Of a stretch of DNA of 64,000 bases, positions 58,403 to 64,000 are shown one piece after another. Origin of the DNA: Chitinophagaceae bacterium (GTDB taxonomy: Bacteria > Bacteroidota > Bacteroidia > Chitinophagales > Chitinophagaceae); NCBI GenBank assembly GCA_024508725.1, contig JANINS010000001.1, forward strand, positions 55,837 to 119,836. Reading direction: 5' to 3'. Within the stretch, counting starts at the first letter, position 1. Every line of letters begins with the position of its first letter. The position numbers and the translations under genes are program-made. Below the pieces are notes generated by a model. It was not told the origin of the DNA and made no database searches. It saw only the letters and a program-made list of their open reading frames with translations.

Positions 58403-61400
58403 TTACCTCACGATCACAACAAATCCTGTTGTTCTCGGGAAGCCATTCTTTGGTTCAATAATATAATAATATGTTCCTACCGGTAACGGTGTACCATTGT
58501 GTGTACCATCCCAGGCAGTCTGGTATCCACCAAATGATCTGAATACCACCTGACCGTACCTGTTGTACACTTCCACAACACAATTTGGATAATCTTTCAG
58601 GTTGGTGATCTCCCACTTATCGTTCACACCATCTCCGTTTGGAGAGAATGCATTTGGAACAACGATCGGGAATAATACTTTCACTGAAATCGAATCCCAT
58701 GCTTTACAGTTACCCTGGCCTGTTGCTGTTAATATAAACTTCGCATCCTGTGTTGCCAGGTATTGAGGTTTCAGGATAGAAGGATCACTAACAACAGCAC
58801 CTGTAGGGCTTGTCCATGCAAATTGCAGGTTATTGGAATTCGCATTGGCGTTGAATGTAACCGGAGTACCTGCTGCAACTACAAAAGATGACCCTGCATC
58901 AATTACAGGTTGCAGATATACCTTGATATTTTTATAAGCTGTATCTGAAGTACAACCCTGATCGTTCGAAACAACCAATGCTACTTTATAATCGCCTGGT
59001 CTTGTATAGATCTTAGCTGCATTGGTTGAATCAAGTAAAGAGTTACCATCGCCAAACAACCATAATCTATTCTTAATACTGCTTCCTGGTGCAAAGCTGC
59101 TATCCATGAACAGGTTCTGAATACCCTGGCAAAGTGTATCTGGCGTAACACCAAATTTCGCAACCGGTTTTTTAAAGAATGCGTTGAATGTGTTTGTTGT
59201 TTGAGCCGTACAGCCTTGTGCTGAAGCTACATTCAAGGTGATGGTATAGTTCGCAGAATCAGGATATACATGGGTACCGTTTGTTGCGGTAGATGTATTA
59301 TTGGCTCCGCTTGCAGGGTCACCAAAATTCCAGGAATAATACAATTGAGCTCCGTTTGGAATACTTGATTGATTCTGGAAAGTTGCCAGATTGTTTGGTA
59401 AGCAAACAAAGCCTGGGGTTTGGAAAGCTGCAACAGGTAAAGGATTCACATGAATGTGAGCAGTATCAGTAGCACTGTTACAACCCTGGTCAGAAACTGC
59501 ATACAATCTTGTAACATACGTTCTGTGTGTAGTATATGTTTGTGGATTGGCAGTAGATATCGATCCAGGATTTACCTGGGTATTTCCGTTATCAAAATCC
59601 CAGTAGTATGTCTGAACACTTCCTGAGCTGATAGAAGAAGTAGCAGTGAAAGAACCTACATCAGTAATACATATCTCATTATCTGCAACATTGATATTTA
59701 CTACTGGTCTCGGATTCACTGTTACAGTTACTGTTGTTTGAGCACTACAACCATTGGTTGTTCCAACAACCGTGTATGTAGTTGTAGTTGCCGGTGATGC
59801 TTTTACAGTTGTGCCGGTGATGCTGCTTAAGCCTGTGTTTGGATTCCAGCTATAAGTGGTAGCTCCATTAGCAGTTAGTGTTGCGGAATCAGCCGCACAT
59901 ATCGGAGAAACCGGGTTTACAGAAACAACTGGTGTAGGTTTTACGGTGATCGTAACTGAATTCAATCCTGTTGTTCTTGCACAACCGTTGCTATTGGTTA
60001 AGCTTGTAAGGGTTACAGTATAATTACCAGGAGCACTGTTAAGTGGTAAAATATTTATTAGATCGCCACTATTTACAGAAACAGATTTGGTAGTAGATGC
60101 ACCAGAAGGATCGGCAATGGTTAATACCAATCCAAAAGGAGCTGTTCCAACAGTTGATGTAAAAGTTACGCCTGCTGTTTCGTATTCACATATTGCAGCA
60201 GGTGTTGCAGCGATAGATCCTACTGCCAATGGATTTACTGTTATCTGAACAGGAGATGAAAATCCTGTACATGGACCATTGGTTACTTTTCTGCGATAGA
60301 AAGTTGTTGTGGTTAATACCGGAGGTTGATAATCTTCAGTATTTGATGAAGCAATATCACTCCAGGTATTGCCATCAGTAGAACTTTGCCATGTATAAGT
60401 AAAAGGACCTGTACCTGTTGTTGACTGTCCATCCAGCAGATTAGGTGCTGTGGCTTCACAGATCGTCTGGCTGGCAGAGATATCATAATTACCTAAGCCG
60501 ATCAATACGGTTTCAGTAATCTCATTGGAGATGCTGCCACACAATCCACTTGATACAACACGCCTGTATTGTGTAGTTGTGTTCAATGGTGTAGTGAAGG
60601 AATAATTTGCATTGGTAGCCCCGGAGATGTTTGTCCATGTAGTGCCGCCATCAGTAGATTCCTGCCATTGATAAGTGTATGTTCCATTACCACCTGATAA
60701 AGAACCAGAAGCTGTTATTGGAGTTTGAGGAGTACTTCCCTGACAAATGGTTTCGCCACCTGCTATATTATTTCCTGTGATACCTGGTGATACAATGATA
60801 GTTGTAACTGCAGTATCACTTTCACAACCAAAGCTGTTTGTTTGAGTAACATAATAGTAGAAAGTACCCGCATTTGCTGATGAAGGAGTTGGCGCTGATG
60901 TTACTCCATTTGTTAATGCCTGGTTATCGTACCATTTTAAAGTATTACCAGTTGCTGCAGTTGCCTGTAAAGAAGTGGTTGGTCCAAGCTGGCAATAATC
61001 TACCGGAGTAGCAACTATAGGCTTGGCTGGAGTTGGATTCATTACCAATGTTGCATTCGCAGATGCGTTACATCCATTGGTTGTTCCGGTAACCGTATAT
61101 GGATAAGATCCTGCAGTTGTTGGTGCGGCAGCAACATTTGAACCAGTGGTAGCGCTAAAGTTAATTGCTGCACTTGATGACCAAACATATGTAGTAGCAC
61201 CTGTTACAGATAGATTTGCTGTTTTGCCTTCGCAAATTGGTCCGGCCGGAGCAATAGTAATTACCGGAGTGGCTGTAACATCAATAGTAATGCTGTTTAA
61301 TCCTGTTGTTCTTACACATCCATTACTATTTGTAAGACTGGTAACGGCTATCGTATAAGTTCCGGCAGCACTGTTTAAAGGTAGTACAGCTATCTGCCCA

Positions 61401-64000
61401 CCACTATTTACAGACTGGTTTATTGTAGATGTAGCACCTGAAGGATCTGTAATGGTAAGAACCACATCAAACGGAGCAGTTCCTGCTGAAGAAGTAAATA
61501 TTACAGAAGCTGCATCGTACTGACAAATACTTGCTGGCCCGCTGATCGTTCCATTAGCCAACGGATTAACTGTTATTGTTACTACATTGGAAACAGCAGA
61601 ACAAGGTGCATTCTCTGTTTTTCTTCTGTAATAAGTTGTAGTGGTTAGTGCACCTGGTTGATAATTGATTCCATTAGCACCAGAAATTTGTGTCCAGGTC
61701 GCATTATCCGTAGAACTCTCCCAAGTATAGGTGAATGGGCCGGCACCTGGAGGTGTTTGACCATTGATCTGTGCTACTGGTTGGCTTTCACACACTGTTT
61801 GATCACCACTGATATCATAATTGGTTATTGCATGAACTACAGTTACCGTAATAAAGTTAGAAGTGTTACTACACAACCCGCTCAATACTATTCTCCTGAA
61901 CTGTGTAGTGGTTGCAAGATTTCCTGGATTATAAGTATCAGAAGTAGCTCCATTTATCACTGTCCACGGTCCACCATTGGTTGAGCTTTCCCATGCATAA
62001 GTATAATTGCCATCACCACCAGTTGGTGTTCCCGAACCAGTTAATGCAGCAGCAGCAGTTCCTGAACATATTGTTTGCGCAGCACTGATGGTATTATTCG
62101 CAATTGATGGCTCAACGATCACTGTTACAGTTGCAGTATCACCCGTACAATTAGCTGCAGTAGTTTGGTTCACATAAAAATAGAGCGTACCTGCAGTTGA
62201 TGTTGATGGAACCGGTGCTGTTGTTGAACCTCCTGTAAGATTATTATTCGTAAACCATGTTAGCGTATTACTTCCGTTTGCAGTTGCACTTACCGCAACA
62301 GCAGCTCCATTTTGACAATATGGAACCGGAGTAGCAACTGAAGGCTTACCCGGTTTTGGATTAACGGTTATCGTTATTGACTGAGGTGGAGCACTACATC
62401 CGTTGGTAGTTCCCACAACATCGTAATTAGTAGTACTGGTTGGGCTAACAGTTATAGAAGATCCTGTTGCACTCGTATTCCATGTATAAGAACCAGCTCC
62501 AGAAGCTGTGATTGTTACACTTGTACCTTCACAAATTGTTGTACCAGGATTAGCTGATAACGTTACAACAGGGATTGGATTTACATTAATGGTAATTGAA
62601 TTCAATCCACTACTCTTAACACAATTATTGCTATTGGTGATACTGTTTAATGTTATGGTATATAGACCAGGGGCACTTCCTACAGGAATCACCGGGATCA
62701 CCGCATTATTGGCTAAACCTGATGGTGTATAGGTAGTAGATACGCCTGCAGGATTAGTGATCGTATATGAAATACCAAATGGAGCCGTTCCTGCTGTAGC
62801 AACGAAAGTGATACTTGCTCCAGTTGTGCTATTCGCACAGATATCGGAAGGTCCACTGATATTTCCTTCAGCAAGTTCATTAACAAATATTGTGATATAG
62901 TTAGAAATAGAAGCACATGGTCCTAATACCACAGTTCTGCGGAATCGTGTAGTGATCGTTACATTAACAGGTGTATAGTCTTCACTTGTTGCACCTGAAA
63001 CTGTATTCCATGTGGATCCACCATCTGTAGAATATTCCCATCCAAAAGTTGCTCCTGGTATTGTATTCGCATCAATTAATGCAGCAGGAGATCCTGCACA
63101 AATATTCTGATCTGTTGAGGTAATAGTATTTGCCGGTGGTGCAACAATAGTGATCTTGGCCGGATCAGAAGTGCCACCACAAAGTCCGCTTGATACCTTT
63201 AACCTGAACCAGGTTGTCTGGGCAAGAATTCCTGGATCATAAGTAATACTGGTTGCACCGGAAATATCAGTCCATGTATTTCCATTATCAATAGACTGTT
63301 GCCACTGATAAGTATATGTTCCTGCACCCAATCCGCCACTAATCGTACCAGTGGGGCCTACAGGAGTGGCTGGTGTTCCTGAACATAAAGTTTGATCAGG
63401 ACCTAATACTGTGTGTCCACTTATTGCTGGAGTTACTTCTACTGTTATGATAGCAGTATCGCCTTCACAACCAGAAGCAGGTGTTTGTGTAACATAATAT
63501 AAGAAAGTACCCGGGGTTGAAGTAGATGGCGTTGGAGCTGTAGTGCTTCCATTGGTTAAAGCAGAATTGTCGTACCAGTTCAGAGTATTACCCGACTGTG
63601 CTGTTGCTGTTAACGGAGATGAGAGATCATTTTGGCAGAAACGAACAGGCGTACTAACAATTGGTTTTGGTGCACCATTATTAACAGTGATCGTTTGACT
63701 AACAGAATCTTTACATCCTTCGGTTGTAGTGAACACATACCAGATAGTATGAGTACCGATGCCAGCTGTTGCAGGATCGAACATACCAGCACTGGTTGTT
63801 GCGCCACTTGCATCGTAATAATAACCGGTGCCTGATGCTGTATCATGTGTAGCTACAGCAATATTTACAGGGTTTGCATTGCGGCAAACTGCAGCCAATG
63901 GACCAGGGAAAGCCAAAACAGCTCTCTTTTTAATCACCACTTTAAAAGTAGTATCCCCATTACAACTTGCTGTAGTGATCTGAAGTCTCACATTATACGT
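58403..64000 (-). CDS. giant SprB-like cell-surface repeat adhesin with a T9SS type-B C-terminal domain. The N-terminus lies outside the window.
   Basis: The frame is open to the window edge. There are three ~440-aa super-repeats of Ig/PKD-like modules, each containing G.YTY.W..S.DGG.TW motifs. PKD-like domains follow, and the CTD reads PNAFSPNGDGVNDKWEI...VYNRYGQVVF (TIGR04131-type). Confidence 0.85.
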   Translation of the reverse strand, partial: TYNVRLQITTASCNGDTTFKVVIKKRAVLAFPGPLAAVCRNANPVNIAVATHDTASGTGYYYDASGATTSAGMFDPATAGIGTHTIWYVFTTTEGCKDSVSQTITVNNGAPKPIVSTPVRFCQNDLSSPLTATAQSGNTLNWYDNSALTNGSTTAPTPSTSTPGTFLYYVTQTPASGCEGDTAIITVEVTPAISGHTVLGPDQTLCSGTPATPVGPTGTISGGLGAGTYTYQWQQSIDNGNTWTDISGATSITYDPGILAQTTWFRLKVSSGLCGGTSDPAKITIVAPPANTITSTDQNICAGSPAALIDANTIPGATFGWEYSTDGGSTWNTVSGATSEDYTPVNVTITTRFRRTVVLGPCASISNYITIFVNELAEGNISGPSDICANSTTGASITFVATAGTAPFGISYTITNPAGVSTTYTPSGLANNAVIPVIPVGSAPGLYTITLNSITNSNNCVKSSGLNSITINVNPIPVVTLSANPGTTICEGTSVTITASGAGSYTWNTSATGSSITVSPTSTTNYDVVGTTNGCSAPPQSITITVNPKPGKPSVATPVPYCQNGAAVAVSATANGSNTLTWFTNNNLTGGSTTAPVPSTSTAGTLYFYVNQTTAANCTGDTATVTVIVEPSIANNTISAAQTICSGTAAAALTGSGTPTGGDGNYTYAWESSTNGGPWTVINGATSDTYNPGNLATTTQFRRIVLSGLCSNTSNFITVTVVHAITNYDISGDQTVCESQPVAQINGQTPPGAGPFTYTWESSTDNATWTQISGANGINYQPGALTTTTYYRRKTENAPCSAVSNVVTITVNPLANGTISGPASICQYDAASVIFTSSAGTAPFDVVLTITDPSGATSTINQSVNSGGQIAVLPLNSAAGTYTIAVTSLTNSNGCVRTTGLNSITIDVTATPVITIAPAGPICEGKTANLSVTGATTYVWSSSAAINFSATTGSNVAAAPTTAGSYPYTVTGTTNGCNASANATLVMNPTPAKPIVATPVDYCQLGPTTSLQATAATGNTLKWYDNQALTNGVTSAPTPSSANAGTFYYYVTQTNSFGCESDTAVTTIIVSPGITGNNIAGGETICQGSTPQTPITASGSLSGGNGTYTYQWQESTDGGTTWTNISGATNANYSFTTPLNTTTQYRRVVSSGLCGSISNEITETVLIGLGNYDISASQTICEATAPNLLDGQSTTGTGPFTYTWQSSTDGNTWSDIASSNTEDYQPPVLTTTTFYRRKVTNGPCTGFSSPVQITVNPLAVGSIAATPAAICEYETAGVTFTSTVGTAPFGLVLTIADPSGASTTKSVSVNSGDLINILPLNSAPGNYTVTLTSLTNSNGCARTTGLNSVTITVKPTPVVSVNPVSPICAADSATLTANGATTYSWNPNTGLSSITGTTVKASPATTTTYTVVGTTNGCSAQTTVTVTVNPRPVVNINVADNEICITDVGSFTATSSISSGSVQTYYWDFDNGNTQVNPGSISTANPQTYTTHRTYVTRLYAVSDQGCNSATDTAHIHVNPLPVAAFQTPGFVCLPNNLATFQNQSSIPNGAQLYYSWNFGDPASGANNTSTATNGTHVYPDSANYTITLNVASAQGCTAQTTNTFNAFFKKPVAKFGVTPDTLCQGIQNLFMDSSFAPGSSIKNRLWLFGDGNSLLDSTNAAKIYTRPGDYKVALVVSNDQGCTSDTAYKNIKVYLQPVIDAGSSFVVAAGTPVTFNANANSNNLQFAWTSPTGAVVSDPSILKPQYLATQDAKFILTATGQGNCKAWDSISVKVLFPIVVPNAFSPNGDGVNDKWEITNLKDYPNCVVEVYNRYGQVVFRSFGGYQTAWDGTHNGTPLPVGTYYYIIEPKNGFPRTTGFVVIVR

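Noticed and set aside
1-64000. tRNA, rRNA, CRISPR, transposase and integrase genes
   Set aside because: No cloverleaf-like intergenic sequences, no rRNA-like stretches, no spacer-repeat arrays and no transposase or integrase ORFs were seen in any frame.

Overview
The window is a chromosomal segment from a Bacteroidota genome, most likely of Chitinophagaceae type. This is inferred from Sus-type genes, ECF sigma/FecR/STN-SusC signalling, T9SS sorting domains and TAnnTTTG promoter boxes. It contains four blocks.

(i) 1-24.6 kb: an ~18 kb polysaccharide utilization locus (PUL) on the minus strand. Gene order is ECF sigma, FecR anti-sigma, STN-SusC, SusD, LamG-like lipoprotein, GH30, two tandem PF10091/GH144-like genes, CE1-like esterase, GH43+CBM32, SGNH esterase and GH3 beta-glucosidase. 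A second GH30 is divergently transcribed. The block is flanked by a T9SS-secreted GHL10 protein, truncated at the window start, and a DPP-IV-like S9 peptidase.

(ii) 24.7-36.7 kb: housekeeping and stress genes. These are a MutS2-like protein, a Crp-family regulator with no canonical start codon next to a TTGAC-N4-GTCAA box and yiaAB, an FGE-domain protein, CinA-C, a YqiJ/NfeD-flotillin pair, a peroxiredoxin-thioredoxin operon, an HI0933 flavoprotein and map.

(iii) 36.9-54.3 kb: the secY-spc-S10 ribosomal protein cluster, rplO through rpsJ. Its intergenic spacers are unusually long and rich in simple repeats, and a 311-bp non-coding spacer separates rpsJ from rplC. Two non-ribosomal genes, LtaS-like and GDPD-like, are inserted between rpsJ and a stand-alone fusA that has its own promoter and terminator.

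(iv) 55.3-64 kb: a T9SS type-B cargo module. It comprises a PorE-like OmpA/TPR/beta-propeller protein, a PorP/SprF protein and a giant SprB-like repeat adhesin that runs off the window.

A 20-bp intergenic element, GTTGCGTCGCACTCTTGTAC, recurs in seven copies in both orientations. Two copies are a longer form carrying a 22-bp hairpin insert. This element is not explained by any gene annotation.
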